DNA of 64,000 nucleotides, from positions 160,001-224,000 of the forward strand of contig OY969622.1 in assembly GCA_963701665.1 (NCBI GenBank), written 5' to 3'. The translations under genes and the position numbers were made by a program. The stretch comes from Candidatus Babeliales bacterium. Its GTDB lineage: Bacteria; Babelota; Babeliae; Babelales; JANWKD01. Shown piece after piece: positions 29,610-39,470 of this stretch; positions within the stretch are counted from its first letter, which is position 1; every line of letters begins with the position of its first letter. Under the pieces are notes generated by a model. It was not told the origin of the DNA. It did not search any database and saw only the letters and a program-made list of their open reading frames with translations.

Positions 29610-30745
29610 TTCATCATTGTCTGCACTATCTGTTTTATTTTAGTGCCAAAGTGCAGTTTTTCATAGTTAGCTAAGTTTTTTCGGATGGTATTTGCATATG
29701 CCGTTTGTGTGAGAATGCGCTCAACTGACTCTCGTAATTCTTTATAATTTCTTACTACTTCACCAAAGCCATGATGTTCTACAAATGAATGATTAAACTT
29801 TTCCCAAAGTGGTGGTGTTGAAATGGCATCTATAATCATGGGGACTTGTTTATAGAGCGTTTCGCACAAGCTGACAGTGCCCGATTTTGTTATACACAGT
29901 GAAGCAATACTCATTAAATCTGCAATACGATCGGTTTGACTGATAATGGAACAAGAGATATGTGATGGCAGGGGAAAAGGTTCAAGATATTTTCTGAGTG
30001 ATTCATTGCTGCCTAAACAAGTGAGAATATGAACTGCAATAGGAATTTTTACTAATTCCTGCACTATGCTTATCATGCTTTGTGAACCAACAGCGCCCAT
30101 TAATAAAAGAATGACAGGCTTATTTTCCGGCACACCAAAATCTTGCTTTATACATGATATTTCCTGCGGAGCAAAAAACGATGGCTTTATCGGAAATCCA
30201 GTTAAGTAGATTTTTCTTTTGGAAATATTTGCACCTGAAAATGATTCTAAGATCAATGAGTCATTAAAGGTAAGCGCGATTTTTACTTTTTCATCATGAG
30301 TATGTTTCATTGCATGGATAAAGGTTCTAACATCAAGGTCAGTAGGAATAACTAAAAAAGAGATTCCTGTTTTTTGGCAACTGGATTCAATGAGGCCATT
30401 AACGAGTGGCACCACGGAAATCACCATATCAGGATTTTTCTGTGCGATGAAATTATTCACTAATGTTTCAAAAAATGGACAACGAAAAAGGTGATGCGCG
30501 GCATAAGTAAGGATATTTATGAGCCATGTCCAACGTTTGCGCAGACATGAATTATAAAATGCTTCACCAGTATAACGTCCTTTACTCAGTATTTTAAAAG
30601 GATCAAGTACCCCAAGCACATCATCAAAAATATACGCAGTTTCTAAATCATAGTCTTGGCAAAGATATGCACTGATGGCTGCAGTTGCTGACAGATGACC
30701 GCCACCACCTTTGCTTGAAAAAATGAGAATCTTTTTGCGTTTCAA
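29606..30745 (-). CDS. MGDG-synthase/UgtP-like glycosyltransferase (GT28)
   Basis: GGGGH, PTD, GFPI..SF, MGAVG, ITKSG.S..E, WE..N. Confidence 0.85.
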   Translation of the reverse strand: MKRKKILIFSSKGGGGHLSATAAISAYLCQDYDLETAYIFDDVLGVLDPFKILSKGRYTGEAFYNSCLRKRWTWLINILTYAAHHLFRCPFFETLVNNFIAQKNPDMVISVVPLVNGLIESSCQKTGISFLVIPTDLDVRTFIHAMKHTHDEKVKIALTFNDSLILESFSGANISKRKIYLTGFPIKPSFFAPQEISCIKQDFGVPENKPVILLLMGAVGSQSMISIVQELVKIPIAVHILTCLGSNESLRKYLEPFPLPSHISCSIISQTDRIADLMSIASLCITKSGTVSLCETLYKQVPMIIDAISTPPLWEKFNHSFVEHHGFGEVVRNYKELRESVERILTQTAYANTIRKNLANYEKLHFGTKIKQIVQTMMN

Positions 30746-30899
30746 GAGTTAATCTCCTGTTTTCTATCAGTAGTACTAAGTTCTGCAAAAAATAAAAAGA
30801 TTTCCGATGAAAAGGTTGAGAAATGGTAATTGACAATGAGTTCTTTGCGTGCCTATAGTAATATCGTTTTTAAAAAATAATTAAAAAACGGTTATAGTA

Positions 30900-32357
30900 A
30901 TGAACGCATCATGTGCTCGCGTAGCACAACGTATTCTTTTCTTTATAGTAATGTTCCCTTTGTATGCTATTGAAGAGCGCTGGAATTGGAACGCCATTAA
31001 TTGGAAAAGAACTATCACATTTCCTGCTAATTTTTTGTGGGGCACGGCCGATTCTGCATTCCAAGTCGAGGGCATTATTTCAGCTGATGGGAGCATGATT
31101 CAAAATTCTTGGACCGTTTGGGAAAAGCAATTGGTACATCGCGACGGGCGCTATGAACCGCGCTTTCATCCTGATAAACGAGCGGGTATCGCATGCGATC
31201 GCTGGAATTTATATAAGCAAGACGTACAGCTTATGAAAGAAATTGGCATTCAAGCACATCGATTCTCAATCGAGTGGACCAAAATCGAACCGCAACGAGG
31301 TGTTTTTGATGAAGCTGCAATGCAACATTATATCGATTACATTCAAGAACTTATTGATAATGATATTGAACCCGTTCCAACATTTTTCCATCATTTATGG
31401 CCATTGTGGTTTGAATATCCAGAAGAAGTTAAACGGGGAACGAGGGGCATGGCGTTTGAAGACGCGCGCAATATAGCAGATTTTGTTGCATTTGCCGCGT
31501 ACGTTTTCGCAACCATTTATAAACGCGTGCGAAATTCGCATAAAATTCGCTACTGGCTTACCTTTAACGAGCCGCTGGGCGAGGCACTCGCAGCCTATGT
31601 CTATCCGCTGTATCCACCGGGAAAAAGATACAGAATTCGGCAATGCGGGATCGTTGCAAAAAATATGCTCGATGCACATATCGCCATTTATGACGCGTGC
31701 AAAAAAATTAATCCTAACGCGCAAATTGGTTTTGCGCACTTGATGCACCCGCTGCATCCTTATCATCCTTGGAATCCACTCGATTGGATACCCGCAAAAA
31801 TATTTAATTATTTAATGAATCTTGCAGCAATTCGCTATTTTAAAACTGGTTATTTTCATTGGATGTGGCTCTACCGAGGGTATAATCCCGATGCGCCGAA
31901 GAAGCTCGATTTCATTGGGGTGAATTATTATACGCATGGCATTATAAAAATGTTTAAAGAGGTAGTTCGGCCAGACGAAATATTAGCCGATGGCCCGGAC
32001 GGTAAACATGGAAAACCTTTTTATCCTGAAGGGTTGTATTATTCACTCAAACAAGTTGCTCAATTAGGGATTCCTATCTTAGTTACAGAAAACGGGTGCG
32101 CCACCGATGATCCTGCTCTGCGGGAAGAGTATATAAAAAAACATTTGTATGTTATCGATCGATGTCGACGCGAGGGCATGGATATTCGAGGGTATTTTTT
32201 CTGGACGCTTATGGATTGTTTTGGCTTTAATAGTGGCCAACATCGCAAACATGGCATTTACGAAGTAAATTTTGAAACACAAGAAAGAACACTACGGCCT
32301 AGTTCTCAATATTTGCTTGATGTTATACAACGGCACAACGTGCTTTATAAAAAATAA
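30900..32357 (+). CDS. glycoside hydrolase family 1, paralog of 23978..25525
   Basis: TFNEP and VTENG catalytic motifs. Confidence 0.93.
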   Translation: MNASCARVAQRILFFIVMFPLYAIEERWNWNAINWKRTITFPANFLWGTADSAFQVEGIISADGSMIQNSWTVWEKQLVHRDGRYEPRFHPDKRAGIACDRWNLYKQDVQLMKEIGIQAHRFSIEWTKIEPQRGVFDEAAMQHYIDYIQELIDNDIEPVPTFFHHLWPLWFEYPEEVKRGTRGMAFEDARNIADFVAFAAYVFATIYKRVRNSHKIRYWLTFNEPLGEALAAYVYPLYPPGKRYRIRQCGIVAKNMLDAHIAIYDACKKINPNAQIGFAHLMHPLHPYHPWNPLDWIPAKIFNYLMNLAAIRYFKTGYFHWMWLYRGYNPDAPKKLDFIGVNYYTHGIIKMFKEVVRPDEILADGPDGKHGKPFYPEGLYYSLKQVAQLGIPILVTENGCATDDPALREEYIKKHLYVIDRCRREGMDIRGYFFWTLMDCFGFNSGQHRKHGIYEVNFETQERTLRPSSQYLLDVIQRHNVLYKK

Positions 32358-32358
32358 A

Positions 32359-32390
32359 AAAAGCCCCAGGAATTTTTTCCTGGGGCTTTT
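32359..32390. terminator. bidirectional intrinsic terminator
   Basis: AAAAGCCCCAGGAA/TTCCTGGGGCTTTT between convergent genes. Confidence 0.85.
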
Positions 32391-32409
32391 AACAATTAAA
32401 GTTCAAAAA

Positions 32410-33243
32410 TTATAATGCTTTGAGGTATGCAATTCGTTGATCCATGGTTGGATGAGTACCGTACAATTCGCCTAATTTTGTGAAAGGCATCCAGAGCAGT
32501 TTACTTATCTTTGCTATGAATCGTTTAACAAAAAAACGAGAATCTGGATCTTCGGTGTGATCTTTAAAATTGACAAACAAATCGATTATGCCCTGCTTAT
32601 CTTTCATCGTTTTCGCAGCTTGAACATCCGCCTCTTTTTCGCAGAACTGTGAAAATTGAGCATTAGCAAGTACAAAGCCACCAATGGCAGCGATATAACT
32701 TGCAAATGCAGCTACTTTTCTATTATCCGCAGGATTATCCATGACGTTCGAAGACCAATTACAAATTGGTAATGTCAGTGCAACGGTGAGGAGGAAAAAG
32801 AGAACTTTTTTGGGAACATGATTACATTTGATATGCATAAGTTCGTGGCGAACGAGACCTTGTTTTTCTCCATCTGATAAAGATCCAAGCCATTCTTCGC
32901 TTATAAAGAGCCAAGCGTGTGATTTGCCACCAAAAATAGATGGCACAACAAAGGCATTCATACGTCCCATAGCGTGTTGTGCCATGTTACTCATGCCGCG
33001 CATTTCAATACAATAATCATCCATGCCTAATTCATGTATGATGGCATTAATGTACGTTTGCGTACTTTCTTTCAGGGCGTGAAATCCATACGATTCCCAT
33101 CCCAAAAAATCGTAAACTTCTCTCATGGAGTCTTCATAATCCGTCAATGGTTTGCTTGGAACGGCTTCAGGGCGATTGGGATTTTTAGCAGCATGGGTTA
33201 GTGAAAAAAGGCAAAGGCCAATAATAAGAAAAATTTTTTTCAT
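32410..33243 (-). CDS. M48-family Zn metallopeptidase
   Basis: NAF, HELMH, EKEAD, THP....RI. Confidence 0.88.
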   Translation of the reverse strand: MKKIFLIIGLCLFSLTHAAKNPNRPEAVPSKPLTDYEDSMREVYDFLGWESYGFHALKESTQTYINAIIHELGMDDYCIEMRGMSNMAQHAMGRMNAFVVPSIFGGKSHAWLFISEEWLGSLSDGEKQGLVRHELMHIKCNHVPKKVLFFLLTVALTLPICNWSSNVMDNPADNRKVAAFASYIAAIGGFVLANAQFSQFCEKEADVQAAKTMKDKQGIIDLFVNFKDHTEDPDSRFFVKRFIAKISKLLWMPFTKLGELYGTHPTMDQRIAYLKAL

Positions 33244-33345
33244 GAAAAACTCCTGTTAGAAATTTGATGGTAATTTCTTCTATGGTACCAGAAATTATAA
33301 AAGAGTAAACAGGAGAAAATGGTATTTTTTTATTTGACCAGGAAT

Positions 33346-33546
33346 TTATAGCCTTGACGCCCACCAGAGTAAAAGGGCAGTTATTACGGCATTAATAATA
33401 ATAGCCCAAAAGTTTAGTTGTTGGGTCCACGTTATGGAGAACAATTTTATAGGCAGTATATGCAAGTAGCCAATTAAAATGTGACTTATGGTATGAAATG
33501 CTTCAGCACCAGCGAAAAAAATAACAAGCTCTTTTGTGGTAAACAT
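33346..33546 (-). CDS. small membrane protein
   Basis: 66 aa, two hydrophobic helices, AAGGAG RBS. Confidence 0.65.
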   Translation of the reverse strand: MFTTKELVIFFAGAEAFHTISHILIGYLHILPIKLFSITWTQQLNFWAIIINAVITALLLWWASRL

Positions 33547-33564
33547 TACGCTACTCCTTTAATA

Positions 33565-33598
33565 AAAAAGGCGGGTTCTTTTTTTGAAGTCCGCCTTC
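33565..33598 (-). terminator. intrinsic terminator
   Basis: AAGGCGG..CCGCCTT hairpin with T-tract on the minus strand. Confidence 0.6.
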
Positions 33599-33614
33599 TA
33601 GTTTTGAAAAAAAG

Positions 33615-33821
33615 TTATTTTTTCTTTTTTCTGAGCATTGGCAAACCAGTACGTTGGTTTTCCATTACTTCATATCCGGCAGGCAATGCATCAAGTGAAC
33701 CTTTGCCAGCTTCGCCAGCAAAATAATATATTTTTTGTAAGCGACCGCCGGCCAATTTAACTTCTTTGGTATGCAAATGATACATCTTGCCACTTTTTTT
33801 AGATTTAACGCTATAAGCCAT
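33615..33821 (-). CDS. small basic conserved hypothetical protein
   Basis: 68 aa; GGR.Q.IYYF, LP.GYEV.EN.RTGLP.L; GAGGAG RBS. Confidence 0.8.
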   Translation of the reverse strand: MAYSVKSKKSGKMYHLHTKEVKLAGGRLQKIYYFAGEAGKGSLDALPAGYEVMENQRTGLPMLRKKKK

Positions 33822-34038
33822 GTTCGTTTATAACTCCTCTGCTATGAACTGGTATATGGTTTTTGATGAGTATATCATAAAAAAGAAATTAATAGATTGC
33901 TTCAGAAAAAGCTAGATATTGAATAAAAAAAATTGCTTTATAAGTTTTCTTTCTTACAAAAATTGGTTTTAAAACTTGAGTTAATGCTTTATCAGACCGT
34001 ATACTAGTGACCACATTATTTTTAGCAAGGAGTATGCA

Positions 34039-34248
34039 GTGAATAGTGATATGTTAGGTCTTTTATGTATTATCATTGGGGTTGCATTATTGGTTGTTGG
34101 ATCTCCGTTTTTATGGCACATACTCATTGTGCTTTTGGCGCTATGGCTTATCCATTATGGTATGGTATTGCGTGGAGGTCCGGGGCTTGTAGTGTGGGTT
34201 GCGCGTGCTACTGATGAAATTAAATCTTTATTCAAGTCTAGAAAATGA
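34039..34248 (+). CDS. small membrane protein
   Basis: AAGGAG RBS, hydrophobic 69 aa. Confidence 0.65.
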   Translation: MNSDMLGLLCIIIGVALLVVGSPFLWHILIVLLALWLIHYGMVLRGGPGLVVWVARATDEIKSLFKSRK

Positions 34249-34301
34249 GGTATAGTAAACGGGTAATGATATCTTTTCTATAATTGAAAGTTGCTACACA
34301 T

Positions 34302-35039
34302 ATGGCTAATAATAAATTTTCAGTGACGGCTGCAGTAAAATATGGCCTCTATACGGCAGTTGAAAAAATTCTATTTTTTCTTGGTGTTGATCTTTTACTT
34401 TTTGCTTTGTTTGTAGCTAGTGCGCTGCTGTTTTTTTTCATTTTCATAGGTTTTTTGGCCGAAACATCTTCTTTGACAATACTTACACAGCTTAGTATTT
34501 CTCCTTCTGCTCAACAAGAAATTATTAATAGGTTAAGAGATATTTTTAATCAGGTTGCCTTGGGGCCTGTTCTTTTAATGGCATGTTTGGTGCTCAGTGG
34601 TGCGCTTACTTCCTTTATATCTGATTACCTGCTCCTCGGTTTTGTGCGTGTTACCCTCGATATTCATGACCATAAGGTAGGTAGTTTCAAGCGCTTATTT
34701 TGTTCAATAGGTATGGGTTTTAAGGCGTTTGTTACGTCAATCTTATATCATTTTCTTATTGGGCTTGGTACTCTTTGCTTAATTGTACCAGGTATTATTA
34801 TTGGTGTTCGTTGTAGTTTGTATAGACAACTTATCGTTGATGAAGATGCCGGCATTATCGAATCGTTAAAAGAAAGCGCACGCATCACAAAAGGCTCATT
34901 TTTTAAACTTTTTGGTATTGGCGTTATTTTTTGGTTGCTTAATTGTTTAATGGTTTTTACGTTTGGGCTTATAGCACTTATTACGTATCCAGCATTTTAT
35001 CTCACCCAAGCGTACGTGTATCGTAAGCTTCTTGATTAA
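34302..35039 (+). CDS. integral membrane protein (DUF975-like)
   Basis: LIVPGII, IVDE..GIIESLKES..ITKG, AYVYRKL; likely ATG at 34302. Confidence 0.75.
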   Translation: MANNKFSVTAAVKYGLYTAVEKILFFLGVDLLLFALFVASALLFFFIFIGFLAETSSLTILTQLSISPSAQQEIINRLRDIFNQVALGPVLLMACLVLSGALTSFISDYLLLGFVRVTLDIHDHKVGSFKRLFCSIGMGFKAFVTSILYHFLIGLGTLCLIVPGIIIGVRCSLYRQLIVDEDAGIIESLKESARITKGSFFKLFGIGVIFWLLNCLMVFTFGLIALITYPAFYLTQAYVYRKLLD

Positions 35040-35044
35040 GTAGT

Positions 35045-36901
35045 TCACATTCGTCGTTTGAACTTCTTTTCTATGTCAGTCAATGGCAAAAACCACGTTG
35101 TTGGCCTGCCGTGAGGGCAACTAAACGCGCGTTCACAGCGATGAAAATCATTGAGAAGTTTTTGAACGAGTGGCTCAGATAATGCATCGCCAGCTTTGAC
35201 GGCGGCTTTGCATGCCATCGTTGCTCTCACTTTATGCGTCAAACTTTCTAGATGTGAAGTTGAATCATTCATCGATTCTTCTTTCATTATTTCAAGAACA
35301 TCTTTGAAAAAATTACGCCATGAAACCATTTTGAGCGGAATTGGCGTTGCCTGCACAATGAGCTGCGTGTCGCCAAAAGGTTCAACACGAATGCCATGGT
35401 TCTCAAATAGTGGTAGATGGGCAATAAGTAGTTTGAAATCTTCTAACAAAAAAGAAATAACTTCAGGAAAAAGTAACTGCGTTGATTCATGTTCGTGCGC
35501 GTGTTGTGAAAGTTGCTCATATAAGATTCGCTCGTGCGCAGCATGTTGATCGACCATTAAAATACCATCTGCTTGCGCAATCATGATATAGGTGTTATGA
35601 AAAATGCCAATAACATCGTACGTTATTGATTCCTGTTGCGTCTCGGTAGATGCAGGCGAACTGAGCGGCATCTGCTTTTCGATTATTTTAGGCGCGCGTT
35701 CTTGCGCGCGCGCGTTTTGCGTTTCAAATTCACGCTGTGCGATGTGCGCACTCGAGGGCAATTCAAACGAGGGCGCATCTTGTTTTAGTGTTGGGAATGC
35801 GCGCGGTTCTTGATGCGAACGTAGTGCTAATTGGGGCGGCAGTGATGCGCGTGCAGGTAAAACTGATGTATCAAGCGATTTGGTTAAGGTAGTTTCTAAT
35901 GTTTTTTGTACCGCATTAACTATTGCTTTTTCAATACGTGTCGGATGAATAAAAGCGACCTCTTCTTTGCGCGGGTGAATATTAATATCAACCTCATCTG
36001 ATGGCACTTCAAGAAAGAGAAAAGCAACGGGAAACCTTCCTTGTTGCAAGGTGGGCGCATATCCTTTCAGCAATGCTTGTGCAATCTGATAATTTTTTAC
36101 CCAACGTTTATTGACAAAAAAGAACATATGATTGCGATTATAGCGCGTGAGTTGTTGATTTGAAATAAGTCCCGTTATTTTGGCTTCCTCAGAGTTATTT
36201 TCTGCTAATGTAACTAAATGATGTGCAAGCGTGTGATCCCAAATTTGTGCAACGCGGCTGCTGAGCATTGCTGTTTTTGGGCAGTTAAGAATGAGCGCGT
36301 GTTGGGTATGTAATTGAAAATGAACGTGCGTGTGCGTCAGTGCAAATGCGTGCATGAGTGTCGTGATCGCGCGCATTTCTGTTTCATCTTTTTTTAAAAA
36401 CTTTTTGCGTACGGGAACATTATAAAATAACGAGTGTATTGAAATATCAGTGCCGCGCGTACATGCTGTTGTTTTTTTTGTAAAACCGTCCTGCGCATTA
36501 CCGGTGAGACAAATACCTTGCGCGTCTTGCTCTTGTTTTGTAAGCAACGTGATGGTACTTACGGCCGCAATGCTTGCGAGTGCTTCACCGCGAAACCCGT
36601 AGGTATTCAACTGTGCAACGTCATCAAAACAACGAATTTTGCTGGTAGCATGATGTTCAAAACATTTGAGCGCATCATCTTGCGACATACCGTGACCGTT
36701 ATCAACAACTTGTATGAGGGTTTGTCCTGCATCATGAATGGTAACGCTAATACTTGTAGCGTTGGCATCGAGCGCATTTTCAACGAGTTCTTTTACGACA
36801 TTTGCCGGCCGATCTACAACTTGGCCAGCGGCAATTTTGCGTGCTTCATGTGGTGGTAAGGTAATAATTTTTTGCATAACAATAGGTGATTGATGTACCA
36901 C
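35045..36901 (-). CDS. mutL: DNA mismatch repair endonuclease MutL
   Basis: KELVENALDA, HATSKI, GFRGEALASI, DINIHP.K, DQHAAHERILYE, ACK, CPHGRP. Confidence 0.97.
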   Translation of the reverse strand: MVHQSPIVMQKIITLPPHEARKIAAGQVVDRPANVVKELVENALDANATSISVTIHDAGQTLIQVVDNGHGMSQDDALKCFEHHATSKIRCFDDVAQLNTYGFRGEALASIAAVSTITLLTKQEQDAQGICLTGNAQDGFTKKTTACTRGTDISIHSLFYNVPVRKKFLKKDETEMRAITTLMHAFALTHTHVHFQLHTQHALILNCPKTAMLSSRVAQIWDHTLAHHLVTLAENNSEEAKITGLISNQQLTRYNRNHMFFFVNKRWVKNYQIAQALLKGYAPTLQQGRFPVAFLFLEVPSDEVDINIHPRKEEVAFIHPTRIEKAIVNAVQKTLETTLTKSLDTSVLPARASLPPQLALRSHQEPRAFPTLKQDAPSFELPSSAHIAQREFETQNARAQERAPKIIEKQMPLSSPASTETQQESITYDVIGIFHNTYIMIAQADGILMVDQHAAHERILYEQLSQHAHEHESTQLLFPEVISFLLEDFKLLIAHLPLFENHGIRVEPFGDTQLIVQATPIPLKMVSWRNFFKDVLEIMKEESMNDSTSHLESLTHKVRATMACKAAVKAGDALSEPLVQKLLNDFHRCERAFSCPHGRPTTWFLPLTDIEKKFKRRM

Positions 36902-36913
36902 ATGGGTGGTTTT

Positions 36914-37117
36914 TTATGATTGTACTAATGTTATTTCGTCTGCTTCATTGCGTGTTGTTTCATCGTCAGAAGGAAGTTCATCTTCTTGGTAGTTTAGCAC
37001 AGATCTGAAAAAAGAATGTTTTCTTTTTTCAGGTTGTTCTTTAGGCGGGCCTTTACTTTCAAGTGAACTGCCTGGGAGTGCCCAGAGAAGGGTGAAAAAG
37101 AGTATTTTTTTATTCAT
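36914..37117 (-). CDS. short secreted hypothetical protein or gene remnant
   Basis: MNKKILFF signal peptide after AAGGA; short acidic body. Confidence 0.45.
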   Translation of the reverse strand: MNKKILFFTLLWALPGSSLESKGPPKEQPEKRKHSFFRSVLNYQEDELPSDDETTRNEADEITLVQS

Positions 37118-37170
37118 AGATATCCTTATATATATAAGGATAGCAAAAATGAACATTCAAGTTCAATAGT

Positions 37171-38154
37171 TTACTTTAAGTGGAAGGTCCATGCAATATT
37201 AGCAGCTAGAAAATAACTGGTCTTATTTTGTATGCCATTCAGTTTTTGAAAAAAAGGTGCTCCAACGCCAAGTTGCAGAATGAGGTGATTTGATGAAATC
37301 CATAATGAAGGTGCAATAAAGACAGTATTGCCGCCACTGTTTGGGTTAACCTGATTGCTAATCACATCTTTCCAGCTACGAATCCCAAAGACTTCAATAA
37401 GCCAGGCAAATAGCCACTTTTTTTCATCGAGGGTGCCAATGACTCCTTCAACGCCGCATTGATACAGAAATGAGCTGCCAAAACGCGCACCATTTTTTTT
37501 TGTAGTTTTTTGCCCACCAAATGATGTGAATACATACAAAAATTGTGCTTGATACATTGCTGTTGTACCAACGAAAAAGGCTGGAGATCCATTCCCCGTC
37601 GGCGGATTTTTTTTAGCTGATCCCGTGGGAAAAAAAATGGCGCCAACAAGAGTACATTGGCATTCAGTGGTGAGAGTTTTTTTATCAAAATAAGCATACT
37701 CAACTTGTAAAAACATATCCTCAAAGCCGGATGATTTTGCAATAGATGGTGTTGATGTAGTATTTTTAAAAAAACGTGACTTAGTGGTACTTTCATTAGA
37801 GATTTCCGTTTTATTTATGGCAACAGGAAAGGCTAAAAAGACTGATAAATAGTCGGTAAAGGCATAAATCGGATAAATAAGCAGTTCACTAAAATGAAAA
37901 TTATGACCTCCTAATTTATTTGGCGATACAAAAGTTTGTAAATCTTTTGCATCAAGAATGTTTTGTCCAAAACCAAAAAGAGGACCAATCTGTTGCGAGG
38001 TTGGTACAATAAAATTACCAATTTCAAGTGGTTCAACTTTGTCCTCTTTTTCCGGTTTTTCATCCCGTTCTTCAACAGCGACTACTTTCGGGTATATTGC
38101 AGGAGTATAGATAACTATGAAAAGAAAAAGTAAAAATAAACGAATGTGCTTCAA
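37171..38154 (-). CDS. putative outer-membrane beta-barrel (transporter-like) protein
   Basis: Signal peptide, SSGFED, FPTG, NSGGN..FIAP, alternating aromatic C-terminal strand. Confidence 0.65.
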   Translation of the reverse strand: MKHIRLFLLFLFIVIYTPAIYPKVVAVEERDEKPEKEDKVEPLEIGNFIVPTSQQIGPLFGFGQNILDAKDLQTFVSPNKLGGHNFHFSELLIYPIYAFTDYLSVFLAFPVAINKTEISNESTTKSRFFKNTTSTPSIAKSSGFEDMFLQVEYAYFDKKTLTTECQCTLVGAIFFPTGSAKKNPPTGNGSPAFFVGTTAMYQAQFLYVFTSFGGQKTTKKNGARFGSSFLYQCGVEGVIGTLDEKKWLFAWLIEVFGIRSWKDVISNQVNPNSGGNTVFIAPSLWISSNHLILQLGVGAPFFQKLNGIQNKTSYFLAANIAWTFHLK

Positions 38155-38316
38155 ACGTTTCTCACCTTGTTAGAGTTGTTTAGATTAATGTACTAAAAAA
38201 GAATGGTTTTTTTAAGAGCTTATTTGAAAATTACAACAATATTAACTTGTAAAATTAACATTTTAAACAGAGGTGTCATCCTGAGTGATTGTGTTAAAAG
38301 TCAAATATTTTTATAG

Positions 38317-39258
38317 TCAAGCTCTACATAACTCGCCCCTTTTTAATAGAGCATTGGCAATTATAATGAGCTTATGCATAATAGCAACGATAGCTACTTT
38401 AAAAGGTTTTTTAGCATCCATTAATCGCTGGTAAAATTCCCTTAAAGGAAGATGGTGCTTTACCGTGGTCAATGCACACATATAAAGTGCTTTACGAGGA
38501 ATATGCCTGCCATGCTTAATAAATTTTTTGCCTTTGTAATTGCCGCTTTCATTGTCATAAGGACAGACACCAATTAGAGCGGATATTTTTTTGTCGCTTA
38601 ACTGCCCAAGCTCAGGGACAAAAGAAAGTAATGTTGCAGCTGTAGCTTTACCGATTCCTGGGATTGATTCCAAAATGTTTGATTTTGTATGTAACTCTTC
38701 ATCATCTTTGACTAAATCCTGTATTCGAGACTCAATTGATTTAATTTCACTTTCTAAGAGTGCAATAAATCTTTTTATATCAGGAACATATAATACGTGA
38801 GAAGGATGTTTAAGTCGTGTTTTCTCAGCAGCTAAAAATTTTACTAAATCATTTTTACGGTTAACTAGAGCTTGTAGTTTATGCTGATTCTCACTTTTGT
38901 TAACAATCTCGTAACTAGGAGAATTTTTAGAAGCGAATTCAGCAATTTTTTTAGCATCAATTTTATCGGTTTTACTTTTACAGCCAGTAGCTATAATAAA
39001 AGCTTTTATCCTTCGTGGATCAACGATCCAAAGTGAATATCGGTTCTTTTTGAGTAATTGGGCAAGTAATTGTTCATAGCCACCTGTTGCTTCACAGGCA
39101 ATTTGTGTAACTTGATAGTGAGCTAATTCCTTGATTATGTTCTGTATGCCAACTTCTGAGTTAGCTACTTTAAAGAATTTTCCTATAGGATACACATAAA
39201 TATCGAGATTATTTTTTGAAATATCGACACCTACATATACTTCTGCTATGTTTTTCAT
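38317..39258 (-). CDS. IS110-family DEDD recombinase/transposase
   Basis: GVDISK, CEATG, KTDKIDA, SIPGIG, NESG (candidate catalytic Ser), AIMHKL. Confidence 0.96.
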   Translation of the reverse strand: MKNIAEVYVGVDISKNNLDIYVYPIGKFFKVANSEVGIQNIIKELAHYQVTQIACEATGGYEQLLAQLLKKNRYSLWIVDPRRIKAFIIATGCKSKTDKIDAKKIAEFASKNSPSYEIVNKSENQHKLQALVNRKNDLVKFLAAEKTRLKHPSHVLYVPDIKRFIALLESEIKSIESRIQDLVKDDEELHTKSNILESIPGIGKATAATLLSFVPELGQLSDKKISALIGVCPYDNESGNYKGKKFIKHGRHIPRKALYMCALTTVKHHLPLREFYQRLMDAKKPFKVAIVAIMHKLIIIANALLKRGELCRA

Positions 39259-39261
39259 AAA

Positions 39262-39470
39262 TACCTCAGCCTTGTAAACATACGAGATCGTATACCTAAT
39301 ACGTCTCTAGTGATTGTTCGAGGTAATTTTGTGTAAGCTGATAGTCTCAAACTCAGGAACGGTTCTTCTAAACCAGGAGCGTGACGAGATCTATCAGCTT
39401 TTCTCAAACAACCGATATTAAACAATATTTCATTCTTAAATTATCACAATTTACTCTTAAATGCTTTTTG
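39262..39470 (-). ncRNA. bridge RNA (target-binding and donor-binding loops)
   Basis: Guides CACGCTCCT/TCCTGAG match the target and ACAATCACT/TACAAG match the donor; each pair lies within a closing stem; 5' end approximate. Confidence 0.87.
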
